33,588 nt of DNA from positions 1 through 33,588 of IMG/VR virus record IMGVR_UViG_3300005512_000171. One strand, given 5' to 3'. Shown piece after piece: positions 26,037 to 33,588 of the stretch. Position 1 is the stretch's first letter. Each line of letters starts with the position of its first letter. The notes below the pieces were generated by a model. That model did no database searches, had not been told where the DNA came from, and was given only the letters and a program-made list of their open reading frames with translations. The DNA is from a virus. Lineage: Duplodnaviria > Caudoviricetes. Both the position numbers and the translations under genes were made by a program.

Positions 26037-27755
26037 CTACTCCTCTAGTTCCCTGTCAGTAAACTCTTCCTTTTGAAGAGCAGGGGAAAAGTTCTCATGC
26101 AATACCCAAGGTTCGTGCATTGGAATTCTTTTCATGATTGATTTGATGGTTCCGTCCAGATACTTTAACTTTGGCCATCCAACATCTACGTTGGTAAAAT
26201 TTAATGTGTGCAGGTGTAGATCTGCAATGCTCTTTGCTGCGTCTGCTGCTCTTGCCTCGGGACCGTTCATGTGTATTTGTTCTGCTGTTTCTATGTGCTG
26301 GCCCGTGCTTAGTATTTCAGTGTTTGCGCCCGCAGTCAGGCTTGTTCTCAATCCTGTCTTGATGTCAAGATTAATTTTTTGTTCTATTCTAGTATTGCCT
26401 ATCACGTCAATATCCAAGTCTCCCGGAACAACTACGCCTTCGGCATTTTCGTAACTGCGTGTTTCAATCTTACCATTGGCACCAATTAGAATGTTAGTGT
26501 TGAACGCACTCTCAATCTGTATTCTACCTGCCTCAAACTCTCTGCCATCCTGTATCTTGGGTATCGGATTTCCGTCATCGTCCCTGCGATGAAGTTCACT
26601 AGATGAAACGTATTCAGCAGTTGCCTTCATGTTTATGTTTCTGCCTGCTTCAATGTTTACATCTCTATCTGCTTTTATGTTTAAATCGTTTTCACTATGA
26701 ATGCTGACGCTGTCCGCTGCATAAACATCTATCTTACCATTGGATGTTAATTCAACCCACGCTGTTCCTCTCGCATTGCCTATGTAGATTAGGTCCTCTG
26801 AATTGTGTAAGAGAATTTGGTGTCCAGTCCTAGTTCTCAATCTAGTGTGTTCACCGGCTGGAACAGTAGGTTCACCCTTTTGATTGGTTGGGGTGCCGTC
26901 TTTGTCTACAAATCTTTTTTCTAGCAAGTCTATGTATAAGACTGGGCCGTCACTTGCCTTTGTCTGTCTTACGTATCTATCGTCACCATCATCCATGACA
27001 AACTGTGTTCCACCCAATCTTGATACTGCAACTCCATCAAGTGATTGATTGTCAGAAGTACCAGTAGTCATTCTCTTGCTGCCGTCTCTCCAGTCCAGTG
27101 GACCAGGCGTTGAAATTCCAAACACGGAGTTTGGCACATTTCTTCTGGCAGAACTGTTGATTACACCTCTTACGTCATCTTCCAAAGTTCCCTGTTCAAG
27201 GAATCTATCCGCTATAGGATGAATTGGTTTCTTAATTTTATCCGGATCTTTTTCAGCATCCTCTTGATTAAATCTCTTGTTTATTTCGCCCGTTGGTAAA
27301 GGCTGTGTGGTATCAAATTTTTTCTTATCAGCATCAGTAAGTACGACTTCTTTGGTTCCTGCTATTCCTGGAACCATGTTGTTGGCAAAGTTAGGCGGTA
27401 GGCACGCAAACCAGTATCCCTCGCCAGGATCGCCATCAACAAACACGCACATGACTGTGATACCCACATCCGGTGGCACAAACCACATGCCATATGATTT
27501 TTGTGTGTCATTAAAATCATCATTGTTTTTACCCATTGCTGCGAATGGAGTGTATCCAAAGAAAGGAGATGCATAGTTAACCGTGTAGGTTTGATTGTCA
27601 GCACCTATGTCATTTCCCTGATCCTTTAGCAGCGTTACACGCAGTCTACCATTGAAAGTAGGATCCATGAGGCTAACAACCTTGGCAAGGTATACTCCAT
27701 TTCCTAGGCTAACGCTGGTAGTTTCTTTGCTTGGAACTCTTCTCTGTATTGCCAT
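26037..27755 (-). CDS. gp5: Baseplate central spike, gp5/VgrG-like (OB-fold plus beta-helix; no lysozyme domain seen)
   Basis: AKVVSLMDPTFNGRLRV...YGMWFVPPDVGITVMCVFVDGD..GYW OB-fold; RTRTGHQILLH; beta-helical repeats (IDVYAADSVSIHSENDLNIKADRDVNIEAGRNINMKA); upstream of gp25. Confidence 0.8.
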   Translation of the reverse strand: MAIQRRVPSKETTSVSLGNGVYLAKVVSLMDPTFNGRLRVTLLKDQGNDIGADNQTYTVNYASPFFGYTPFAAMGKNNDDFNDTQKSYGMWFVPPDVGITVMCVFVDGDPGEGYWFACLPPNFANNMVPGIAGTKEVVLTDADKKKFDTTQPLPTGEINKRFNQEDAEKDPDKIKKPIHPIADRFLEQGTLEDDVRGVINSSARRNVPNSVFGISTPGPLDWRDGSKRMTTGTSDNQSLDGVAVSRLGGTQFVMDDGDDRYVRQTKASDGPVLYIDLLEKRFVDKDGTPTNQKGEPTVPAGEHTRLRTRTGHQILLHNSEDLIYIGNARGTAWVELTSNGKIDVYAADSVSIHSENDLNIKADRDVNIEAGRNINMKATAEYVSSSELHRRDDDGNPIPKIQDGREFEAGRIQIESAFNTNILIGANGKIETRSYENAEGVVVPGDLDIDVIGNTRIEQKINLDIKTGLRTSLTAGANTEILSTGQHIETAEQIHMNGPEARAADAAKSIADLHLHTLNFTNVDVGWPKLKYLDGTIKSIMKRIPMHEPWVLHENFSPALQKEEFTDRELEE

Positions 27756-27756
27756 T

Positions 27757-30348
27757 TTATGTTACACCTTCGTTTAATTCTATATCAAGTTCACGCTCTT
27801 CCTGATTTTGATTCATTAAAAAGTCATCATTAGTGTTTTTAGTTTCTTCACTGACATTAGTCTTTTCCTTGGATTCACCTATAACCTCAACCGTTGATCC
27901 CTGTTTATTAGTGTTAATATTCTTACCATCATAATCAGTGGGCTGTCCTTGCATTCTAACGCAGGTAAGCACCTGTGTGAACTTACCGTCATCAAACTTG
28001 CTTAGGCATTTAATTACTCTGTATATACCGCTAAATGGACTTACCTTATCCTTGTTTGAAAATTCCACGAGTCCCGTTTTTTCGTTGATATCAGCAGGAG
28101 TCCTAAACGAAAGATAGATGTATACATCCTGTCCTTCATAGTTCATGGTTCCATCCTCGGTAAGCAGAGGTGTCTCTCCAGTTGATGCTGAAAAATAATT
28201 GTTAAATCCGCTGTCTATGAGATAGTATGTGTCCCCCATGATTGTAAAATCAATCTTTACCAAGTCACTGCTTGTCACGTTGATGAATGCATCATGGAAA
28301 CTCTCCGCAATCTTCTGCTCAACGTCAGTGTCTCCCTGTCCACCTCTCAGTATGGAAAATAAATTAGGATTTTTCTTTACCTTTGATTTACCTAGATTGG
28401 CTGCCTGTGCCTTGGTTTCGTTTCCAGTATTGGTTTTTGTAAGAAATGGTTTGTTTTCAACTGTAGATTTATTATCTGGATTTTGCTCATTTTTAGTTTT
28501 TGTTTCCGACTGTGGGTTGGATCCACTGTAGAATAGATAGTTAATGTCTATTGAAAAATCAAGTATTTCCGTATTCTGTCCTGAGTAGATGTATTCGTAT
28601 TTTTTAACAATCTGTTTTTCAAGTTCTGAATATCCAACTGGTACTGAATTAGGGTTGCCAAAGATGCTGCTGTGTACCTTGAATGGTACCACCCTGTATA
28701 TGTATTTCTTCGCAAAGTCACCTATGGTATCATCATAGTCAAGAAACTCAACCTGCACGTCAACCTTGAACCAGTCAATCATTCCGTCAGCCTTGGTAGC
28801 CTTCTGCGTTGCCTGCTTGGCCCATGTTGAACTAAGAATAACCTGGGTGATGATGTCCGTGAGTTTTTGTTTTTGCGTAAAGTGAAAGGATCTTGCCTGT
28901 TCATCAATCTGCATTATGCCTCTCTTTACACGCTTGGTTTCCTCATCAATGGCATCCTTGTCAGTCTTGAATGGAAAGTTACCACCAGTCTTGACGTCAA
29001 ATCCAAACTTGGATTTTGCTATTGGATTGTTGCCAACATTCCTGCTGGTTGTTGTATCAACGTCTGTGCCACCAACGGATTTGTTTGATGATTTTTCTGG
29101 GTCTTCAGTTGCTCCTGCGGAGTCGCGGGTCTGTTCTGTATAATTTGTAAAACGCTGATCCGGTGTTTCAGGAAAATGAACTTCGTATCTGTCCTTGATT
29201 TTATACCTGCCCTGTTTAACATTTAATTCCTCTGCCTTGTTTAGCAGTGCAGTCAAACTGTTCTTACCAGTAGCAAGAAGATCCTTAACAGTTCCCTTTT
29301 CTTCAGCAGGCATTTCCGCATCAGCATTCGTGGTAACGCTTATATTGATATCGGAAAATGATGTATCAACCGTGTCAGAAAAACCCTGATGGTTATATGG
29401 ATATGCTTCGACTGCGTACTTGCTACCCGTTTCGTCAACATTAAAGGTTACCTTCTTTAGTTTCATTATAAAATACTTGGGCTTGATTGTTTTCTTAACG
29501 GTTGCATCCTCAGAAAAACCTATGATGTCTAGTTTTAAAAGGAACGGTGAGTCAAGATAGTTTACGTATCCAGCCTTGATTGCCGCATTCTGTAGAGATT
29601 GTAGTAGCAGTCCCATCGAATATGGTTCGAAAATGTCAAAGGTAAAGTTAACCGCATTCTGATTTCCCGTCTTGGGGTTTGCTGCAATTACGGATGTCAT
29701 TTCAAAGTTGTTTATAAAATACTCGGGAGTTCCAAACGCAGTGTTTACCCTTTCCGCATCTCCCCTTCCTGCACTTGAGAATACAATGCTGGATGATAGG
29801 TTTGAGGTTCTTGTTACTTCCTCGTCATTTCCTAACACCGGATCAACTATGGTTTGCGTGGTGGAAACGTCATAGTTCTGTGAAGCAAAACTAAGTCCAA
29901 CTGCATCCCTGTAAAGATTAGGATTGTTAAACTGTTTAGGTGTAAGAACTGCCAGCGTCCACAGATGATTTATTGATGCAAAATCATCCAGTGGATTTTT
30001 TACAACGTTCTGTAGATTTGTTCCTGATGTTCCGGCATTAGTTTCTTGGCTTGATTGCTCAATGTCTCCCTTGCCGTCCTCATCAATGTTATTAACCGCT
30101 GCTTCCTTCTTGAAAAATTTGTCTACGTATCCCTTTGCTATTGCTGTTTGTTCTGCTGTTGGCTGTTTTTGTGTTCCGTCCGGTTTCTTGTTTTGGTATG
30201 CATCCAACTGCTCCTGAGTGCCATACACCTTGGCATCCTTGCCATTAATACGAGTTACTATGTAGGGATTCTTTCTGGTCTCTTCAGTTATATTAACGTT
30301 AGCGGCTGTGCCTGTTGATTGTATTCTATACTCTTTTAAGTCTGCCAT
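27757..30348 (-). CDS. Baseplate hub-like protein (gp27/gpD-like, 863 aa)
   Basis: Lies between gp53-like and gp5-like genes. C-terminal FTIMGD...SGIYRVIKCLSKFDDGKFTQVLTCVR resembles the last barrel of gp27/gpD/VgrG hubs. Confidence 0.6.
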   Translation of the reverse strand: MADLKEYRIQSTGTAANVNITEETRKNPYIVTRINGKDAKVYGTQEQLDAYQNKKPDGTQKQPTAEQTAIAKGYVDKFFKKEAAVNNIDEDGKGDIEQSSQETNAGTSGTNLQNVVKNPLDDFASINHLWTLAVLTPKQFNNPNLYRDAVGLSFASQNYDVSTTQTIVDPVLGNDEEVTRTSNLSSSIVFSSAGRGDAERVNTAFGTPEYFINNFEMTSVIAANPKTGNQNAVNFTFDIFEPYSMGLLLQSLQNAAIKAGYVNYLDSPFLLKLDIIGFSEDATVKKTIKPKYFIMKLKKVTFNVDETGSKYAVEAYPYNHQGFSDTVDTSFSDINISVTTNADAEMPAEEKGTVKDLLATGKNSLTALLNKAEELNVKQGRYKIKDRYEVHFPETPDQRFTNYTEQTRDSAGATEDPEKSSNKSVGGTDVDTTTSRNVGNNPIAKSKFGFDVKTGGNFPFKTDKDAIDEETKRVKRGIMQIDEQARSFHFTQKQKLTDIITQVILSSTWAKQATQKATKADGMIDWFKVDVQVEFLDYDDTIGDFAKKYIYRVVPFKVHSSIFGNPNSVPVGYSELEKQIVKKYEYIYSGQNTEILDFSIDINYLFYSGSNPQSETKTKNEQNPDNKSTVENKPFLTKTNTGNETKAQAANLGKSKVKKNPNLFSILRGGQGDTDVEQKIAESFHDAFINVTSSDLVKIDFTIMGDTYYLIDSGFNNYFSASTGETPLLTEDGTMNYEGQDVYIYLSFRTPADINEKTGLVEFSNKDKVSPFSGIYRVIKCLSKFDDGKFTQVLTCVRMQGQPTDYDGKNINTNKQGSTVEVIGESKEKTNVSEETKNTNDDFLMNQNQEERELDIELNEGVT

Positions 30349-30349
30349 G

Positions 30350-30649
30350 CTAGACTCCTAGAAATCTTTTTAGATTGGATTCCTTGGGGATATAAATTTT
30401 TGTGCCAGGAACAAAATCATAGATTGGATCCTTGATTACTTCCATGTTTCTCTGCACGAATACCCACCACAATTTTGCATCACCATACAAGTCATATGCC
30501 AACAAGTCAGGGCGTCTATTATACTGACTTTCTATGGTATATAAAAAATCGTCCTTCTGTGCAGGAACGGGCCTAATGCTTAACAGCTCAAGATACAGAT
30601 TGTTCTGCTTGGTTGCCGAGTATGGAGATGATTGCTTATACACTGCCAT
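30350..30649 (-). CDS. gp53: Baseplate wedge subunit, gp53-like (LysM-like)
   Basis: 99 aa with YTIESQYNRRPDLLAYDLYGDAKLWWVF..RN...DPIYDF..G..IYIP, the gp53/tail X LysM-like motif. Confidence 0.8.
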   Translation of the reverse strand: MAVYKQSSPYSATKQNNLYLELLSIRPVPAQKDDFLYTIESQYNRRPDLLAYDLYGDAKLWWVFVQRNMEVIKDPIYDFVPGTKIYIPKESNLKRFLGV

Positions 30650-30651
30650 GA

Positions 30652-31800
30652 TTATAAGTATCCCTTCTTGCTAGGCGTCTGCAGATTGCCCTTGGCGTAA
30701 TCTGTTAAACTAAACTGCCTTAGGTTTCTTCTGTTGTATACTGGCTGCACGGTTACATTGATTGAACTTGAAATAGGAACCCACGTCTTGGTTCCAAAGG
30801 CATCGCAGCGAATGTAGTTCACGTCACTGCCCAAGTCAACGCTAAAGGATTTTACAACGACTGGAACATTGTCAAACACGCTTGCTCCATAACCGTTTAG
30901 ACTGCACACTGGAGGTGGTGCTCCAACATTTGCACCCTTACCAAAGAACATTTTGGTCATTGTCTTAAAGAACGTTGTTGCTGCGATCCAATATGCTGCC
31001 TGGTCCGCGGTCTCTGCCACAAACTTTCCTGAAATCTGTATCTCATCTATCTGTGAATTCTTGTAAGCCTGGAAAGGATAGTTGTTATGCACGGGATCAA
31101 GTTGCGTGTAGTTTGCCTTGGTTGAAAAAGTAATTTCAGGCAAGATGGGAAATACCACACCTGCTGATTTTTCCAATAGTTCAAACATTAGGTTTGGTTT
31201 GAATATGCTCCAATCGCAGGCAATTCTTACTCTCCAGTCCTCTCCATTCTTGGGCAATACCTGTATGCCCTCACCTGATGATTGAAACAGTTCTCCGTTC
31301 TTGGGTAGATTTGCTCCTCTCTTGAGACTGAGAAAATCATTTAATTCTCCTGCCGCGGTTGAAATCATGCTTGCAATGTTGCTGGCTCCTCCTGCTAGGT
31401 TTCCTCCCGTGAGCTTGCTTGCGAGAGCACCAATTTCCTTGCCCGCGCCTGCGGCTGCTCCAAGCAAGCCTTCTGCTGCACCACCTATGGCATTACCAAA
31501 ACTTCCTATGCTGCTAGTGAGTGAACCAATTGCGTTGCTACCAACTCCATTGCTTACCGTGTCAGCAATGTTGCCCATGCCCGTGTTTATTTGATCGTTG
31601 AACGTGGCACCCGCGGCCGCTGCCTGGTTAAATCCGCTGGTAAATCCTGCACCAAGTTTGTCCATCTTGGCATCCAACCTTGCCTTTTCAAACTGGTTTC
31701 CGATAGCAGGTGCTGCGGCTTCCGCAGCCTCTAGAGCGGCAGAAACTTCGCTGTCTACCTTCTGAACTAATTGTCCTAGTGGATTCGGTGATAAACTCAT
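30652..31800 (-). CDS. Tail tube initiator-like protein (gp48/gp54-like) with Ala/Gly-rich N-terminus
   Basis: C-terminal half GVVFPILPEITFS...IQISGKF...GAPPPVCSLNGYG..FDNVPVVVKSFSVD resembles tube/tube-initiator folds; first gene of the baseplate operon. Confidence 0.6.
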   Translation of the reverse strand: MSLSPNPLGQLVQKVDSEVSAALEAAEAAAPAIGNQFEKARLDAKMDKLGAGFTSGFNQAAAAGATFNDQINTGMGNIADTVSNGVGSNAIGSLTSSIGSFGNAIGGAAEGLLGAAAGAGKEIGALASKLTGGNLAGGASNIASMISTAAGELNDFLSLKRGANLPKNGELFQSSGEGIQVLPKNGEDWRVRIACDWSIFKPNLMFELLEKSAGVVFPILPEITFSTKANYTQLDPVHNNYPFQAYKNSQIDEIQISGKFVAETADQAAYWIAATTFFKTMTKMFFGKGANVGAPPPVCSLNGYGASVFDNVPVVVKSFSVDLGSDVNYIRCDAFGTKTWVPISSSINVTVQPVYNRRNLRQFSLTDYAKGNLQTPSKKGYL

Positions 31801-31827
31801 TTTGGTAATATTTCCTTATCTTTACTC

Positions 31828-31835
31828 TATTTATT
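31828..31835 (-). promoter_or_regulatory. Late promoter-like motif (AATAAATA) for the baseplate operon
   Basis: Plus-strand tatttatt, 27 nt upstream of the ATG at 31800, with a TAAGGA RBS in between. Confidence 0.65.
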
Positions 31836-31845
31836 TCTATCATTA

Positions 31846-31864
31846 TGTGCTATTATAATAAATA
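31846..31864 (+). promoter_or_regulatory. Overlapping extended -10-like element and late promoter-like motif upstream of gp55
   Basis: TGTGcTATTATAAT (TATAAT at 31854-31859) overlaps AATAAATA (31857-31864); AGGAG at 31867-31871. Confidence 0.5.
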
Positions 31865-31884
31865 TTAGGAGAACATTCACAATT

Positions 31885-32715
31885 ATGCAAAAAATTAAAT
31901 ATCTAACAAACAAAGACCTATTGGCAGAAATACACCGCAGTAAAAACACATTTTGCTCCTATGTTGACCCTGAATATCATCAATATGACGTTATACTGCC
32001 AAGTCTTGAAAAAATTAACATAAGAACTATCGCAGAAGCAAAAAGGAATCGTGCTTCAAGATTGGCTAAACAAGCACACGAAGCAGCAGTTGAGGCGGCT
32101 GGCAAGAAGATTCCCGCAAAGCAGTTTGAAATTGATTATCGCAAGATGGAAAAAACGGATCTAATCTTCCGCATCATGACATTTGAACACATTCCAGAGG
32201 ATCTTACACGCAAGAAAACAAAGAAAAGCACTGCTGACAGTCACGTAAAAGTTAACTTTCCACCATTCCAGCATTGGAAGTTTGATGAAAAGGGTAACCT
32301 AATCTGCGTGGGCAAGAGCCACTGGGAAGGTGGAATGGAAAACGGACAGTTCAATCCAAAGGTTGGCAAAGCAACTAACAAACTTGCACTGATGTGGATG
32401 AAACTGTGCGACAGATACGCAACACGTGGTAACGTTAGAGGCTATACCTACAATGATGAGATGAAGGGGCAGGCCATACTACAGTTGGCACAAATTGGAT
32501 TGCAGTTTGATGAGTCAAAATCACAGAATCCATTTGCATACTATACCGCAGCAGTAACCAATTCATTCGTTAGAATTATCAACATCGAAAAGCGTAACCA
32601 AAACATTCGTGACGACATATTGGAAATGAATGGTATGAATCCAAGTTGGACACGCCAAAATGCGGACAGGGACAACGGAGACGTGGTTCCAAGAGGCGAA
32701 AAGAAAAAATCTTGA
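31885..32715 (+). CDS. gp55: Late transcription sigma factor, T4 gp55-like (276 aa)
   Basis: YLTNKDLLAEI N-terminus and NVRGYTYNDEMKGQAILQL...FDESKSQNPFAYYT...NSFVRIINIEK match gp55-family motifs; adjacent to gp47 as in many T4-like phages. Confidence 0.88.
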   Translation: MQKIKYLTNKDLLAEIHRSKNTFCSYVDPEYHQYDVILPSLEKINIRTIAEAKRNRASRLAKQAHEAAVEAAGKKIPAKQFEIDYRKMEKTDLIFRIMTFEHIPEDLTRKKTKKSTADSHVKVNFPPFQHWKFDEKGNLICVGKSHWEGGMENGQFNPKVGKATNKLALMWMKLCDRYATRGNVRGYTYNDEMKGQAILQLAQIGLQFDESKSQNPFAYYTAAVTNSFVRIINIEKRNQNIRDDILEMNGMNPSWTRQNADRDNGDVVPRGEKKKS

Positions 32716-32740
32716 CTTTTGTCACGGAATCCATTACAAT
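32712..32740 (+). promoter_or_regulatory. Sigma70-type (early) promoter for gp47
   Basis: TTGACT (32712-32717), 17-bp spacer, TACAAT (32735-32740); TAAGGAG RBS at 32745-32751; ATG at 32758. Confidence 0.75.
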
Positions 32741-32757
32741 ATAGTAAGGAGTAAAGA

Positions 32758-33588
32758 ATGCCGTTATTTAAGAAAGCAGCCTGCTTCACTGACATCCACT
32801 TTGGTATGAAGAGTGGCAGCAGGGCACACAACATAGATTGTGAAGAATTTGTTAAATGGTTTTGCGAGGAAGCAAAAGCCGCTGGTGCTGAGACCTGTAT
32901 CTTCTTAGGAGATTGGCACCATAACCGTGCGACCACAGACGTCAGCACGATGAACTACACAGTTTCAAATCTAGAAAGACTAAACGATACGTTTGAGAAA
33001 ACCTACTTCATGGTTGGTAACCACGATTTGTTCTACAAGGACAAGCGTGAGATTAACAGCATAGAGTTTATGCGACTGTTTCCTAATATTGTTCCCATCA
33101 CTGAACTGTTCACCGAAGGCGATGTTACACTTTTGCCGTGGTTAGTGGGAGAAGAATGGAAGACAGTTAAGGATATAAAATCAAGATATGTATTTGGACA
33201 CTTTGAACTGCCATACTTCAAGATGAATGCAATGGTAGAGATGCCAGACCACGGTGAGCTGCAACCAGATCACTTTGTCAATCAGGAATACGTGTTCTCA
33301 GGACACTTCCATAAAAGACAGACCAAGGGCAATGTAACCTACATGGGCAATGCATTTCCACACAACTATGCTGACGCATGGGATGATGAGCGTGGCATGA
33401 TGTTCTTGGAGTGGGGTGGCAAGCCTGAATACAAGACATGGCCAGATCAACCGGTGTATAGAACATTTAAACTTTCGCAACTGTTGGAAAAACCAGAAGA
33501 GCATCTTAGAGAAAAGATGCATGCCCGTGTAACGATTGACGTGCAGATTACATTTGAAGAAGCAAACTTCATCAAGGAACAGTTCATT
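32758..33588 (+). CDS. gp47: Recombination endonuclease subunit, gp47 / SbcD-Mre11-like metallophosphoesterase (truncated by window end)
   Basis: Not in the ORF track because it has no stop in the window. Translates as MPLFKKAACFTDIHFG...FLGDWHH...VGNHD...FGHFE...FSGHFH, containing all calcineurin-like phosphoesterase motifs; strong RBS. Confidence 0.92.
   Translation, partial: MPLFKKAACFTDIHFGMKSGSRAHNIDCEEFVKWFCEEAKAAGAETCIFLGDWHHNRATTDVSTMNYTVSNLERLNDTFEKTYFMVGNHDLFYKDKREINSIEFMRLFPNIVPITELFTEGDVTLLPWLVGEEWKTVKDIKSRYVFGHFELPYFKMNAMVEMPDHGELQPDHFVNQEYVFSGHFHKRQTKGNVTYMGNAFPHNYADAWDDERGMMFLEWGGKPEYKTWPDQPVYRTFKLSQLLEKPEEHLREKMHARVTIDVQITFEEANFIKEQFI

Noticed and set aside
258-31594. Numerous plus-strand ORFs in the track (e.g. 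2470-3348, 1336-1854, 6154-6699, 10106-10651, 24892-25389)
   Set aside because: They lie antisense to well-supported structural genes, the longer ones in codon register, and show no recognisable motifs. They are typical shadow ORFs.
22152-31800. Bacterial extracellular contractile injection system or T6SS locus
   Set aside because: The baseplate genes are homologous to such systems, but the adjacent gp55 and gp47 genes and TAAATA late motifs indicate a lytic T4-like phage.
32541-33522. Minus-strand ORFs 32541-32948, 33033-33221, 33278-33466 and 33298-33522
   Set aside because: They are antisense to gp55 and the clearly conserved gp47 frame.
1-33588. tRNA, ncRNA, CRISPR array or intrinsic terminators
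   Set aside because: The largest intergenic gap is 84 bp and is occupied by promoter and RBS signals; no repeat-spacer pattern or GC hairpin with U-tract was seen in the gaps.

Overview
Almost fully coding fragment of a large T4-superfamily-like (probably jumbo) myovirus genome. From 31800 down to 1 the minus strand carries a late virion baseplate/tail block: tube-initiator-like gene (gp48/54-like), gp53-like, gp27-like hub, gp5-like spike with no recognisable lysozyme domain, gp25, a long gp6, a giant 4645-aa multidomain wedge/adhesin-like protein, a ~220-aa tail protein, and at least four paralogous tail-fibre genes plus a chaperone-like gene. On the plus strand, divergently, lie a gp55-like late sigma factor and a truncated gp47 (SbcD/Mre11-like) nuclease. 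TAAATA late-promoter-like motifs precede the structural genes. The most unusual points are (1) four consecutive fibre/chaperone genes in one reading frame separated only by TAG codons, (2) a shared N-terminal domain across the fibres, and (3) the giant protein, with an FG-GAP-like propeller and six CBM5/12-like modules. No RNA genes, CRISPR arrays or mobile elements were recognised. All product calls come from motif recognition by eye, not from database searches.
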